Positions 43,193 to 53,346 are shown, counted from the stretch's first letter. The stretch: 64,000 nucleotides of DNA from Candidatus Kaiserbacteria bacterium (GCA_963767115.1 CAVYCR010000001.1:130430-194429); one strand, 5' to 3'. Notes: a model not told the origin generated them from the sequence alone. Made by a program: numbers and translations.

Positions 43193-44611
43193 ATGGTCAT
43201 TATTTTCATGGGAATATTCCTACTCATTCTCGCGAGTGTGACAGGCTTCGCTCTTGAGGAGGGCAAGTACGGTCGCGCGCTCATCGGCCGCGAGCAGGCG
43301 CTCGACGTCGCCGAGAGCGGTCTCGAATACTACCGGTGGTTTCTTGCGCATTTCCCCGGTAATCTCACCAACGGCACCGGGGGAAGCGGCCCGTATTCGT
43401 ACACCGTGAGCGACCCTGAGACTGGTGGGTCGATCGGCACTGCTTCGATTGCGATAACGGGCAACCTGCAGTGCGGACAGATCCAGTCGATCGACATTAC
43501 CTCGACAGGCAACTCCACAAACTACCCCGGCTTCCCGCGCACGCTTTTCGCGCGCTACATGCAGCAGAGTGTAGCGGCCTACGCCTATCTTCTCAACAGC
43601 AATGTATGGGCTGGCAGCACGCTCTCGATCACCGGACCGTACTTCAGCAACGGCGGCATACGCATGGACGCGACCAACAACTCGACCGTACAGAGTGCCG
43701 TATCGACTTGGGTGTGCAGCACGAGCTACGGTTGTTCGCCGGCCCAAAACAGCGCGCCGGGCGTCGTGGGCAGCGGCAGCGGCTCGTCACTCTGGCAGTA
43801 TCCCGCCTCGTCGATTGATTTCAACGGCATTACTTCCAACCTCTCCAGTATCAAGACTTATGCGATGAACAACGGCGGCCTGTATTTTCCGAAAGCGTCC
43901 GGTGTTGCCAACCAGCGCGGCTACCATCTTATCTTCAGGTCAAACGGCACGGTCGACGTGTACCGCGTCACCTCGACGGTCGGCGTCCCCGCCTATCCTG
44001 TCTCGGGTACCGGCGTCGCACAGACCGATTACAATATCATCAACGCGCAAACCTATCTGGGCAATTACACGATTCCCACCAACTGCTCGGTGATCTTCGT
44101 CGAAGATCGCGCATGGGTCGAGGGAACTGTCGCGGGCAAGGTAACCGTCGCGGCGGCTGACTTCGTCGATTCCAATTACAGCCCCGATGTATATATTGCC
44201 AACAACATCTACTATGGTGCCTACGACGGAAGTGTCGGTCTCACGGTGATAGGCGAGGGCAACGTCTTGATCCCGCTCAATTCACCGAACAACCTCGAGA
44301 TCCACGGCATCTTCGTAGCTGACGGCGGGAGCTTCGGTCGTGATTTCTACACCAACAATTCGTCACTGGGTACACCGGTGCCGTCCTCATACAACGCCGA
44401 CGTGATGGAGAACGACCTCTTGATCGACGGCACTATCGTCTCAAATGGCCGCACGGGGACCGCATGGTTATGCGGCTCACCCGGCACGTTCTGCTCAGGG
44501 TATCAAAACCGCACGACTTCTTATGACGAGTTGCAAGCCTTGAACCCGCCTCCTTTTACACCGGCTGCCTCCGACAACTTCGGATTCATCGAGTGGAAGG
44601 AGATAAATTAA
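43193..44611 (+). CDS. PilX-like / large pilus-associated protein; upstream pilin-type leader is in a different frame
   Basis: ORF 43193..44611 starts MVIIFMGIFLLILASVTGFAL. In the same frame, without any start codon, the upstream sequence reads LETTSATEARSRG|VTTL. The duplicated leader ORF (43066..43257) is one frame behind, so joining them needs a +1 shift between about 43150 and 43180. Confidence 0.6.
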   Translation: MVIIFMGIFLLILASVTGFALEEGKYGRALIGREQALDVAESGLEYYRWFLAHFPGNLTNGTGGSGPYSYTVSDPETGGSIGTASIAITGNLQCGQIQSIDITSTGNSTNYPGFPRTLFARYMQQSVAAYAYLLNSNVWAGSTLSITGPYFSNGGIRMDATNNSTVQSAVSTWVCSTSYGCSPAQNSAPGVVGSGSGSSLWQYPASSIDFNGITSNLSSIKTYAMNNGGLYFPKASGVANQRGYHLIFRSNGTVDVYRVTSTVGVPAYPVSGTGVAQTDYNIINAQTYLGNYTIPTNCSVIFVEDRAWVEGTVAGKVTVAAADFVDSNYSPDVYIANNIYYGAYDGSVGLTVIGEGNVLIPLNSPNNLEIHGIFVADGGSFGRDFYTNNSSLGTPVPSSYNADVMENDLLIDGTIVSNGRTGTAWLCGSPGTFCSGYQNRTTSYDELQALNPPPFTPAASDNFGFIEWKEIN

Positions 44612-44643
44612 CCGCGAAAAAATCGGTGTGATACAATCGACGC

Positions 44644-45396
44644 ATGAAATCGATGATCGTCGCGAACTGGAAGATGAATCCGCCGACGTTCAGGGAAGCG
44701 AAGGCACTTCTTGAGGCCACCAAGAAGGCCGCCGATGTCGGCAAAAGCATCTCGATCGTTGTGGCGCCTCCTGCGATCTACTTGCGCGATCTGCGCGCGA
44801 GCTATCGCGGCAAAAGGCTCGCCTTCGCCGCGCAAAACGCGCACTACGAAAAGAGCGGTGCCTATACTGGCGAGACCTCGCTCGTCCAGCTCAAGGACGC
44901 TGGCGTCGGCTACGTGATCGTGGGCCACGCCGAGCGTCGTGCGATGGGTGAGACCGACGACGACACGCGCAAGAAAGTCGCCGCATCACTCGCGCTTTCG
45001 ATCACACCGGTCTTGTGTGTCGGAGAGCTCAAGCGCGGAAGCGACGGCGAGCATTTGAGCTTCGTCAAAGAACAGCTCCGTGCAGGGTTTGCCGATGTTC
45101 CTGTAGCGAAGATCGCACGCGTGATCGTCGCGTATGAACCGGTGTGGGCGATTGGTGCCACGACACCCATGGGTCCGCGCGACATGCACGAGACTGCCAT
45201 TTTCATACGCAAGACGATCGTGGAGCTCTACGGCAAGGTCGGTATGTCAGTGAAGATTCTCTACGGCGGTTCGATTGACGAGGTCAGCGCTCCGGCAATG
45301 CTCCAACAAGGAGACGTCGACGGGCTGCTCGCGGGGCGCGCGAGCGCTGAAGGCAAAAGAATGCTCGCACTCGTGCGTGCGATGCAAAACGCCTGA
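44644..45396 (+). CDS. tpiA: Triosephosphate isomerase
   Basis: IVANWKMN...VVAPP...AQN...GAYTGE...VIVGHAERR...YEPVWAIGT...YGGS: full set of TIM motifs. Confidence 0.9.
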   Translation: MKSMIVANWKMNPPTFREAKALLEATKKAADVGKSISIVVAPPAIYLRDLRASYRGKRLAFAAQNAHYEKSGAYTGETSLVQLKDAGVGYVIVGHAERRAMGETDDDTRKKVAASLALSITPVLCVGELKRGSDGEHLSFVKEQLRAGFADVPVAKIARVIVAYEPVWAIGATTPMGPRDMHETAIFIRKTIVELYGKVGMSVKILYGGSIDEVSAPAMLQQGDVDGLLAGRASAEGKRMLALVRAMQNA

Positions 45397-45398
45397 CT

Positions 45399-46526
45399 AT
45401 GAAATTCATCAACGACGTACCAGAAGCAGAGTTGCGCGGCAAGTGCGTCTTGGTGCGCGCGGGGCTTGACGTACCGCTTGATGCGCACGGCGAAGTCGCC
45501 GATATTTTTAGGGTCAAACGCGCGGCAGAGACGCTTCGTTTCCTTAGTGCGCAGGGTGCGAAGGTCATCGTACTCTCGCATATCGGCCGCGACCCCTCCG
45601 AGACCAACGAGCCGGTTTCGCGTGCCTTGAATAAAGAATTGCCGGTAACCTACATGCCCGAGGTAACGGGCCCCGCTGTCACTGGCGCGATAGGGGCGAT
45701 GCGCGAAGGCGAAGTGCTCCTCTTGGGCAACTTCCGCAGCGACGAGCGCGAAGCGGCAAACGACGATGGCTTCGCCCGCGAGCTCGCCGCTCTCGGCGAT
45801 ATCTATGTCGACGACGCATTCTCCGTGGCGCACCGCGCACATGCCTCTATCGTCAGTATGCCGAAGTATCTGCCAAGCTATGCGGGCATCCTCATGCGCG
45901 AAGAGATCAATAGTCTACAGAAGGCACTCGCGCCGGAGTCACCGTCATTAGCAATCCTTGGGGGTGCGAAGTTTGAGACCAAGTCGCCGCTCATCAAAGT
46001 ACTCCTCGAGAAGTACGATCATCTTTTCATCGCCGGTGCTTTGGTTAATGATGTATTGAAAGCAAAAGGGTTCCCTGTCGGTGTCTCGTTGATATCCAAA
46101 GAAATTCCGACACCGGAGATCCTCAATCATCCGCGTCTCGTAGTACCTGTCGACATCACCGTAGAGAGCGCTGACGGTCAGGCCCGCGTGAAGAAGCCCG
46201 CAGAAGTCGCTGTAGACGAGCGCATTGTCGACATCGGCCCTGACTCCATCGCCCTCATCGCGCCGCTTATCATGAGCGCCAAATACATACTGTGGAACGG
46301 TCCTACCGGATTATATGAACACGGATTCACACAGTATACGCACGCGATCGCGGAGCTCGCTGGCAAAAGCGGCGCACAGACCGTGATCGGCGGCGCCGAC
46401 ACGATCGCCTCGATAGACGAAGCAGGCGGGCAAGTTAGCCCCAACATTTTCTACTCCACCGGCGGCGGCGCGATGCTCGACTATCTCATCGACGGCACGC
46501 TCCCCGGCATAACCGCGCTCGGGTAA
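45399..46526 (+). CDS. pgk: Phosphoglycerate kinase
   Basis: LRGKCVLVRAGLDVPL...RVKRAAETLRFL...KVIVLSHIGR...VDDAFSVAHRAHAS...GGAKFETK...WNGPTGLYE...GGADT. Confidence 0.9.
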   Translation: MKFINDVPEAELRGKCVLVRAGLDVPLDAHGEVADIFRVKRAAETLRFLSAQGAKVIVLSHIGRDPSETNEPVSRALNKELPVTYMPEVTGPAVTGAIGAMREGEVLLLGNFRSDEREAANDDGFARELAALGDIYVDDAFSVAHRAHASIVSMPKYLPSYAGILMREEINSLQKALAPESPSLAILGGAKFETKSPLIKVLLEKYDHLFIAGALVNDVLKAKGFPVGVSLISKEIPTPEILNHPRLVVPVDITVESADGQARVKKPAEVAVDERIVDIGPDSIALIAPLIMSAKYILWNGPTGLYEHGFTQYTHAIAELAGKSGAQTVIGGADTIASIDEAGGQVSPNIFYSTGGGAMLDYLIDGTLPGITALG

Positions 46527-46557
46527 TAAAAAGCGGCGGCGCATTTCGCGCCGCCGT
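46527..46557. terminator. Hairpin terminator between convergent pgk and dnaA
   Basis: gcggcggcgc-atttc-gcgccgccgt with A5 upstream, which gives a T-run on the minus strand. Confidence 0.6.
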
Positions 46558-46561
46558 TGCC

Positions 46562-48061
46562 TCAGTTTTGAAGCATTCGTTTGAGCATTTCAAGTTCGTC
46601 ACGCAGCTCTGTATTGGTTTGACAGAGCCCGTCGATCTTACGCACCGCATGGAGCACTGTCGTGTGATCCCTCCTGCCGAAGCGCATCCCGATCTCCGGA
46701 AGCGAGCGCAGGGTCAGGATCTTGCAGAGATACATGGCGATCTGACGCGGCAAGACGACCGCGGCAGTCCTTCTCGATGAGAGGAGATCAGTACGTGAGA
46801 CATTGTAATGATTCGCGACGAGTTTCTGTATCTCTTCGAACTTCACCCGCTTGGGCTCTCGCTGGCGGATCAGGTCCCTGATCGCGTTCTCTGCGGCCGA
46901 GACTGTGAGTGCCGTACCGTTGTATTGAGTATGCGCGATGAGCCGATTCATCGCGCCCTCGAGATCGCGACCATTTGAATCAATCACGTTTGCGACATAC
47001 GCAAGGGCTTCAGGGCTCACCTCAAGATCGGGATGCGTTGATTTTGCCGCCGCATACCGAGCCTTGAGGATCTTGAGACGCAGAGTCTCGTCAAAGCCGT
47101 GCATCTCGACACACAGACCTCCAGCGAGCCACGAACGTACGCGCTCGTCGACACTTTCAAGCTCCGATGGCGGCCGGTCCGCACCGATCACCACCTGTTT
47201 GCCTGCCTCAATGAGTGAGTGAAGTACTTTGCCAAACTCACTCTGTATCACGCGGCCTTGCAGGAACTGCACGTCGTCGAAAATCAGTACCTCTATCGAG
47301 CGCAACGACTCCTTGAAGGCATGTGCCGTTTGGCTGCGGAGCGCCGTCACGAAACTGTACATGAAAGTCTCGGCGGTCAAGTAAACGACTGCTCGCCAAC
47401 GTGCTAGCACTGCGTGTGCGATCGCCTGCAGCAAGTGCGTCTTGCCATGGCCGACTGGCGCATGGATGTAGAGGGGTGTCATGACGGCATCGTTGCGCTC
47501 TCCTTCCGCCAATTTTTGGGCGAGTGACAACGCCAGCTGGTTCGCTTGCCCTACTACAAAAGTCGAGAAGGTCAGCCGCCGATCGAGTGGTGATCCGAGA
47601 CCTGTGTTGACCTGCACTCGTGCTCCGCTCTGGGCAGTGCTCGGGTGTGCGGCCTGTGCAGCGGGCCTTGGCCCAACAATATTCGGCTTTTCGCGTGCTG
47701 GTGTCTCACGATGTGCGACACCATGCAGTGATCGGGCCGAGATCTCGATCGCTGTTACTCCTTCGTACTCTGCCTCGAATGCAGCGATGATCTTGGCTGC
47801 ATAATGGCCCTCGAGCCAGCTCTTGAGGAAGCGTGTCGAGACTGAGAAACGAGCGCGGCCGTCGACATACTCGTCGAGTCGTAAGCTCCCGAACCAACTG
47901 GTATATACGTCGTCGCCCAGGATCTGGCGTAGTCTCCCGCTTGCGCGGTCCCATGCCTCACTAACGATCTTTGATAGCGGCACCACGTCAGTACTAACCT
48001 GTATAGCCTTGCTAGCCGGTCTCCTGCCAGTATCTGTAGTATCAACGTGCAGTGTGCTCAT
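46562..48061 (-). CDS. dnaA: Chromosomal replication initiator protein DnaA
   Basis: The AAA+ core has LYIHAPVGHGKTHLLQAIAH (Walker A), LIFDDVQFL (Walker B) and the C-terminal DNA-binding helix RSLPEIGMRFGRRDHTTVLHAVRKI. The ATG at 48061 has GGAGGA 5 nt upstream (the ORF track starts at 48115). Confidence 0.9.
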   Translation of the reverse strand: MSTLHVDTTDTGRRPASKAIQVSTDVVPLSKIVSEAWDRASGRLRQILGDDVYTSWFGSLRLDEYVDGRARFSVSTRFLKSWLEGHYAAKIIAAFEAEYEGVTAIEISARSLHGVAHRETPAREKPNIVGPRPAAQAAHPSTAQSGARVQVNTGLGSPLDRRLTFSTFVVGQANQLALSLAQKLAEGERNDAVMTPLYIHAPVGHGKTHLLQAIAHAVLARWRAVVYLTAETFMYSFVTALRSQTAHAFKESLRSIEVLIFDDVQFLQGRVIQSEFGKVLHSLIEAGKQVVIGADRPPSELESVDERVRSWLAGGLCVEMHGFDETLRLKILKARYAAAKSTHPDLEVSPEALAYVANVIDSNGRDLEGAMNRLIAHTQYNGTALTVSAAENAIRDLIRQREPKRVKFEEIQKLVANHYNVSRTDLLSSRRTAAVVLPRQIAMYLCKILTLRSLPEIGMRFGRRDHTTVLHAVRKIDGLCQTNTELRDELEMLKRMLQN

Positions 48062-48174
48062 TACATCCTCCACTAGTACTCTTGAACGGTATAGTCCGAA
48101 GCCATTTAAGCACATAAAAATGAGCGTCGCTATGCGCGAGCACCTCTGGATTGAGAGCCTCGACAGTTTTGGGT

Positions 48175-48588
48175 CTAGGAGAGTTGCGCACGAATCTTTT
48201 CCTTTACTGCCTCTGCTTCACCCTCCTTATACACGCCATGCGGCCAGAGCTTGAGACCGTCGCCCTTGAAGCGGGGGATGAGATGGATGTGCGGATGGTC
48301 GACGACTTGGCCTGCGTGCTCGCGGTTGTTCATCATGAGGTTGACGCCATCGGCATCGAGCGCTTTCTCGAGGCCGATAGCGACTTTGCGTGCTGCTTCA
48401 CAGGTCGCAGCCCAGTCTTCGCTCGCTATGTCGAAGATGTTTGAGCAGTTCCTGCTCTTTGGAATTATCAGCGTATGTCCCGGAGCGACTGGGTGGATGT
48501 CCAGAAAGGCGAGCGTCGCGCCGTCTTCGTAGACTTTGTACGAAGGCAACTCTCCGGCAACGATTTTGCAAAAGATGCAATCTTGCAT
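48175..48588 (-). CDS. HIT-family (histidine triad) nucleotide hydrolase
   Basis: CIFCKI...YEDGATLAFLDIHPVAPGHTLIIPK...VDHPHIHLIP (HxHxHxx). Confidence 0.85.
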   Translation of the reverse strand: MQDCIFCKIVAGELPSYKVYEDGATLAFLDIHPVAPGHTLIIPKSRNCSNIFDIASEDWAATCEAARKVAIGLEKALDADGVNLMMNNREHAGQVVDHPHIHLIPRFKGDGLKLWPHGVYKEGEAEAVKEKIRAQLS

Positions 48589-48616
48589 ATGCGGAGTATA
48601 GGATAGAATCTACCGG

Positions 48617-50320
48617 ATGGAAACGGCCGTAATTTCTGATTTGATCCGCACTTTGCTCGCGCGCCGCAACGTCACCTCGGATGAAGACATTGCAGCATTT
48701 CTCGCGCCGGACTATGTCGCGCATACGCACGATCCGTTTCTCATGCGTGATATGCATAAAGCGGTCGATCGAATCTTCGCGGCGATCGAGAAAAGCGAGC
48801 GCATCGCGGTGTATGCGGACTTTGATTGTGATGGGATTCCCGGCGCTTCAATTTTATCTGATTTCTTCAACAAGATCGGTTACTCGAACTTCGAGATATA
48901 TCTGCCGCATCGCGATCGCGAAGGGTACGGTTTCCACACGAGCGCGATCGACGTGCTCGCATCAAGCGGCGTCTCGCTCATCATCACGGTCGATGTGGGC
49001 ACGGTCGCGTACGAAGGGATCGCGCATGCCAGAGAAAAGGGAATAGATGTCATCGTCACCGATCATCATGAGATCCCGCCCGGAGGCGGGCAGGCATCAG
49101 CTGAACCGGAGGCATTCGCGCTGCTGAATCCGAAGATTGCGCCCTATCCATTCCCCGATCTTTGCGGCGCAGGTGTCGCTTTTAAATTGGTTTGCGCGCT
49201 CCTTGTCGAAGGACGGCGCAGAAATATGAATGCTTTTTCAAGTATCCCCGAAGGCTGGGAGAAGTGGCTGCTCGACCTCGTCGCGATCGCGACGGTCGCC
49301 GACATGGTGCCTTTAGTTGGTGAGAACCGCGCGCTCGCATATTGGGGCATGCGCGTTCTTCGCAAATCGAAGCGTGCGGGGATCATCGCGCTGTGCAATC
49401 GCGTGCGGCTCAAGAGGTCGGAGATCACTGAAGATGACATCGGTTTCTCGATCGCTCCGCGCATCAATGCCGCTTCGAGAATGGATGAGCCCGACCTCGC
49501 GCTTACATTGTTGACCACTCATTCAGAAATAGAAGCAGACCAGATCGCGGCGCGTCTTGAAGAGCTCAACGCTTCACGCAAGGGGATCGTGAGTGGCATC
49601 GTACGCGCTGCGCGCAAGTCGGTACACGAGCGATACAATGATGCTGATCGCGTAGTCGTTTTGGGCAACACCGAATGGAAGCCCGCGCTTCTCGGACTTG
49701 CTGCCAACTCCATCATGGGAGACCGCGGCGGCGTCGTGTGCTTGTGGGGCCGCGATGCAAACGGCGTGCTCAAAGGCTCGTGCCGCTCCGACGGCGCGAT
49801 CGCCCTGCCTGATCTCTTTGCATCCGCGCGCGATGCGTTTATCGAATGCGGCGGCCACAACGCTTCGGGCGGATTCTCAGTCTCGCACGAAAAAGTGCAC
49901 CTGCTTCGGGAGGCGCTCCAAGCGGCAGCTGCAAGTGTGCCGCACGCGACAGGGCAAGCGCCGGCGCGCAGCGACGATGCCGTCATCACGCTGAATGAAA
50001 TCTCGTGGCCGCTTCTTGGCGAGGTCGCGCGACTCGCGCCCTTCGGCATAGGGAACCCGAAGCCTGTTTTCAAAATCGCGCGAGCACAGATCGCGAGCGT
50101 GCGGAGTTTCGGCAAGGAGAAGAACCATATCGAAGTCATTCTTACGGATAGCGCGGGCGCGGCATCGATGCGCGCGTTCGACTTCTTCCGGAGGATCGAT
50201 GATTTCACGCATCAACCGCGCGAGCGTGAAACCGCGGCGGTATTGGCAACGCTCGAGCGCGACTCCTTCCGCTCTCCGGCGCGCCTCGCCCTGCGCCTCG
50301 TCGATATCACATCTTCGTGA
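48617..50320 (+). CDS. recJ: Single-stranded-DNA-specific exonuclease RecJ
   Basis: DHH motifs: RIAVYADFDCDGIPG, ITVDVG, VIVTDHH. DHHA1 region: GGHNASGG. 567 aa. Confidence 0.85.
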   Translation: METAVISDLIRTLLARRNVTSDEDIAAFLAPDYVAHTHDPFLMRDMHKAVDRIFAAIEKSERIAVYADFDCDGIPGASILSDFFNKIGYSNFEIYLPHRDREGYGFHTSAIDVLASSGVSLIITVDVGTVAYEGIAHAREKGIDVIVTDHHEIPPGGGQASAEPEAFALLNPKIAPYPFPDLCGAGVAFKLVCALLVEGRRRNMNAFSSIPEGWEKWLLDLVAIATVADMVPLVGENRALAYWGMRVLRKSKRAGIIALCNRVRLKRSEITEDDIGFSIAPRINAASRMDEPDLALTLLTTHSEIEADQIAARLEELNASRKGIVSGIVRAARKSVHERYNDADRVVVLGNTEWKPALLGLAANSIMGDRGGVVCLWGRDANGVLKGSCRSDGAIALPDLFASARDAFIECGGHNASGGFSVSHEKVHLLREALQAAAASVPHATGQAPARSDDAVITLNEISWPLLGEVARLAPFGIGNPKPVFKIARAQIASVRSFGKEKNHIEVILTDSAGAASMRAFDFFRRIDDFTHQPRERETAAVLATLERDSFRSPARLALRLVDITSS

Positions 50321-50326
50321 ACAGGA

Positions 50327-50438
50327 CTGCCCCGTCCCAACCCCATTATGCCGGCTACGCAGGCCCGGCGGGGCCGAGTCCGAGCGCTGGGCGAGCACGC
50401 CCAGATAGCGACGGCATAATGGGGTCGGGACGGGGCAG
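50327..50438. repeat. Long foldback element F (27-bp arms with one A/C position, 58-nt GC-rich interior)
   Basis: 50327-50353 ctgccccgtcccaaccccattatgccg pairs with 50412-50438 cggcataatggggtcgggacggggcag. It starts 7 nt after the recJ stop. Confidence 0.8.
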
Positions 50439-50464
50439 ACACCGACTTATCCCCATTTTGACTA

Positions 50465-50483
50465 CAGAGGTCAGACCTCTGCA
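50465..50483. repeat. Second copy of the cagaggtcagacctctgca hairpin
   Basis: Identical 19-mer to 20592-20610. The self-complementary stem is cagaggt/acctctg. Confidence 0.7.
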
Positions 50484-50570
50484 ATACGGGGTTGTTATGT
50501 TTCGCGCCATGTATGTAACCGCGGTGGATACGGCGATGGCGTTTTCTAGCCTTCATGCTACCGTTTCCGT

Positions 50571-51200
50571 ATGAATACATTTTCAACGGGTTCGTCATTG
50601 CGTTTCGGCTGGGAGACCTTCAAGAAGCGTCCATGGTTTTTCATCGGCGTCACGTTTCTCGTGATGCTTATTTCAGTGATCGTGAAACCGGCTGCCGGAC
50701 AGCAGGGGAGCGCGGCATGGGACGTGTGGCATGTCGTTTCTTTCGTTCTGCTCATCCTCCTCGACATGGGCTCGACGGCACTCATGCTGCACGCGCACGA
50801 CGATGCGGCTTCGGCCAAAGTCTCCGATCTCTGGCATCCGCATCCGTTTCTCAACTATCTCGGCGCCGTCATACTGAGCGCGATAGCGATCGTTGCCGGA
50901 CTCTTTCTCTTCGTCGTTCCCGGCATCTTTTTTATTCTCATGTGGATGTTCGTAAAATATTCCGTGATCGATAAAAACCTCGGCCCGATCGAGGCGATGC
51001 AATACAGCGCTCGTATCGGCGGGGGCAAGCGCTGGGAACTCCTGCTCTTTCTTTTCGCGGTCATTCTTCTCAATGTCTGCGGCGCGATACTGCTCCTTGT
51101 TGGCCTGCTCGTGACCATTCCTGTCACAGCGCTCGCGATGACGCACGCGTATCGTACTCTCTCAGGTGGCACGAGTATCCCCGCCGCGACAACCGCATAG
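50571..51200 (+). CDS. Hypothetical integral membrane protein
   Basis: 209 aa with ~5 TM helices. The N-terminus FGWETFKKRPWFFIGVTFLV resembles DUF975-type membrane proteins (recall only). Confidence 0.5.
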   Translation: MNTFSTGSSLRFGWETFKKRPWFFIGVTFLVMLISVIVKPAAGQQGSAAWDVWHVVSFVLLILLDMGSTALMLHAHDDAASAKVSDLWHPHPFLNYLGAVILSAIAIVAGLFLFVVPGIFFILMWMFVKYSVIDKNLGPIEAMQYSARIGGGKRWELLLFLFAVILLNVCGAILLLVGLLVTIPVTALAMTHAYRTLSGGTSIPAATTA

Positions 51201-51203
51201 CGC

Positions 51204-51617
51204 ATGTCTGAAGTTGTCATCTATACCGACGGCGGTGCCCGTGGCAACCCTGGGCCCGCCGGGGCTGGTGCCGTGATCATCAAGGGTGATGTTGTTGTTG
51301 CAGAAATAAAAAAATTCTTAGGAGCGATGCAGACCAACAATTGGGCAGAATACGAAGCCGTCTTTCTTGCGCTCACACATGCCAAAGAACTCGGCCTCAA
51401 TGTTGACTCGACAGAAGTGCGGCTTGATTCGAAACTTGTTGCCGAACAATTAATGGGCAATTGGAAAGTGAAAGAGCCGACTCTCAAACCGCAATGGATG
51501 AAAGTCCGTTCATTGATGGCAGATTTCAAAGCAGTACGTTGCGTCTATGTGCCCCGCGCCCAAAACGCGCATGCCGACCGCTTGGTCAACGAGGCACTCG
51601 ACGAAGCGGGACATTAG
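51204..51617 (+). CDS. Ribonuclease H (RNase HI family)
   Basis: VIYTDGGARGNPGPAGAG...TNNWAEYEAVFLAL...NAHADRLVNEAL provides the DEDD catalytic residues of type 1 RNase H. Confidence 0.8.
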   Translation: MSEVVIYTDGGARGNPGPAGAGAVIIKGDVVVAEIKKFLGAMQTNNWAEYEAVFLALTHAKELGLNVDSTEVRLDSKLVAEQLMGNWKVKEPTLKPQWMKVRSLMADFKAVRCVYVPRAQNAHADRLVNEALDEAGH

Positions 51618-51625
51618 AATGTCGA

Positions 51626-51794
51626 CAGAAACGTAAGCAGTGCGGTGTTTGCGAACCTCGCGCAGTAGATGTCACATCCCCACGTCATACAGTAGTGGAA
51701 AACAAAAACCGCCCAGCAGGGCGCTTTTTGTTTTGAGGGTTTTCACATGACTCATCGCGGTATGTTCGCAAACACCGCACTGCTTACGTTTCTG
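51626..51794. repeat. Foldback element G (conserved-core family; 31-bp perfect arms)
   Basis: Arms 51626-51656 and 51764-51794 are perfect complements. The interior is near-identical to element E. It starts 9 nt after the RNase H stop. Confidence 0.85.
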
Positions 51795-51818
51795 CCGCAT
51801 ATGTTAGAGTAATCACAT

Positions 51819-53309
51819 ATGGGGTCGGGGGTCCTCAAGGCAATTACACTTGGATTTTTGTGCGGCGTCTTTATCCGATCATTTTGCTTGGTTGGATTTT
51901 CTTTTACGCTCTACATGGTCATGCTCGCGCTCGTGGTGCTCGGTTGCGCGCGCTTCGACCCCGCGCGTGCGCGGTCGCTCATCGTGGTAGCGCTCGCGCT
52001 TGCCTCATGCGTGGGCGGGATCATGCGAATGAACGCGGCCGTACTCACCGGCGATCCGCATCTCACTGCAACAATCGGCACGGAGGTGACGCTCATCGGC
52101 GCCGTATCTGCGGAGCCCGATGTGCGCGAGAGTGAGGTGCGCGTCGATCTTGACGCAACGCAGATCGTCGAAGGTTCGACGACGATTCCGATTGATGCCG
52201 GCGTGCTCGCAGAGCTTCCACCTCATGCAGATCTACACTACGGCGATCTCGTGCGAGTCCGTGGCGCACTCGGTCTGCCGCAGTCATTTAGTGTTGGGGG
52301 TGGTGAGCCGTTTGATTATCCCGACTATCTCGCGGTGAGTGGCATTGGTTATGAGCTCTCATTCGCGCAGGGTTCGAGTACCGGTGAGCGCTACGGCAAT
52401 CCGCTTCTTGCCGAAGCGATCGCGATCAAAGAGAAATATGTGGACGCGCTCGAGGCTGTCTTACCCGAGCCGGAAGCCGGACTCGCTGCGGGCATCACGG
52501 TCGGTGACAAGCGCTCGATCGGGCCCGAGCTTTCAAGTGATTTCCAAAAAGTAGGCTTGCTGCAGATAGTCGTGCTTTCTGGATACAATATCACGGTCGT
52601 TGTCGATTTCATCTCATATATCTTCGCTTGGGCGCCACAAAGATTACGCTTCTGCGTAGGTATCATGATCGCTGGCTTCTTCGTTGCGATCTCCGGCGGC
52701 GGCTCGAGCGCACTGCGTGCCGCGATCATGGCGGTGATCGCAATGTATGCTCGTATGAGCGGGCGTTCGTTTGACGCACTGCGTGCGCTTCTGAGCGCCG
52801 CCTTCTTGATGGTACTGGTCGACCCGTTTATCCTCGCATACGATCCCGGCTTCCAGCTCTCTTCGATTGCAATGCTGGGGCTTACGACACTCGCGCCGCT
52901 CTTAGACCCTTACATGCAATGGATTCCCTCACGGCTCGGCCTGCGCGAGATTATCGTATCGACTCTAGCGACGCAGATTGCTGTCACACCACTCATTTTG
53001 CATCAAGACGGCGCACTCTCGATACTTTCGCTTCCTGCCAATATACTCGCAATGCTCCCGGTCCCGCTCGCGATGCTCGCGTCTTTTATCGCGGCCGTCG
53101 CCGCGATGATATACGGAAGAATTGCTACGCCTCCTGCTCTTCCCGCATATGTGCTCCTTCATTACATCGTAATCACGGGCCACTTTTTCGCGTCGCTTCC
53201 GTTTGCATCGGTTCCGCTCGGCACGATAGGGGCAGTACCGATGGCCTTCATGTATTCATTTATCGCAGGCGGTACATGGCTTATCAACAAACAAAAAAGC
53301 CGCGTTTGA
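51819..53309 (+). CDS. comEC: ComEC/Rec2-family DNA internalisation channel protein (no fused MBL domain)
   Basis: N-terminal DUF4131-like OB region plus a polytopic Competence domain (GLAAGITVGDKRSI...LQIVVLSGYNITVV...SGGGSSALRAAIMA). 496 aa. Confidence 0.8.
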   Translation: MGSGVLKAITLGFLCGVFIRSFCLVGFSFTLYMVMLALVVLGCARFDPARARSLIVVALALASCVGGIMRMNAAVLTGDPHLTATIGTEVTLIGAVSAEPDVRESEVRVDLDATQIVEGSTTIPIDAGVLAELPPHADLHYGDLVRVRGALGLPQSFSVGGGEPFDYPDYLAVSGIGYELSFAQGSSTGERYGNPLLAEAIAIKEKYVDALEAVLPEPEAGLAAGITVGDKRSIGPELSSDFQKVGLLQIVVLSGYNITVVVDFISYIFAWAPQRLRFCVGIMIAGFFVAISGGGSSALRAAIMAVIAMYARMSGRSFDALRALLSAAFLMVLVDPFILAYDPGFQLSSIAMLGLTTLAPLLDPYMQWIPSRLGLREIIVSTLATQIAVTPLILHQDGALSILSLPANILAMLPVPLAMLASFIAAVAAMIYGRIATPPALPAYVLLHYIVITGHFFASLPFASVPLGTIGAVPMAFMYSFIAGGTWLINKQKSRV

Positions 53310-53321
53310 AGCGGCTTTTTT
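53293..53321. terminator. Bidirectional intrinsic terminator
   Basis: aaaaaagccgc-gtttgaa-gcggctttttt, overlapping the comEC stop. Confidence 0.75.
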
Positions 53322-53346
53322 GTTTGCGAGAAAGAAATTGCGAAGA

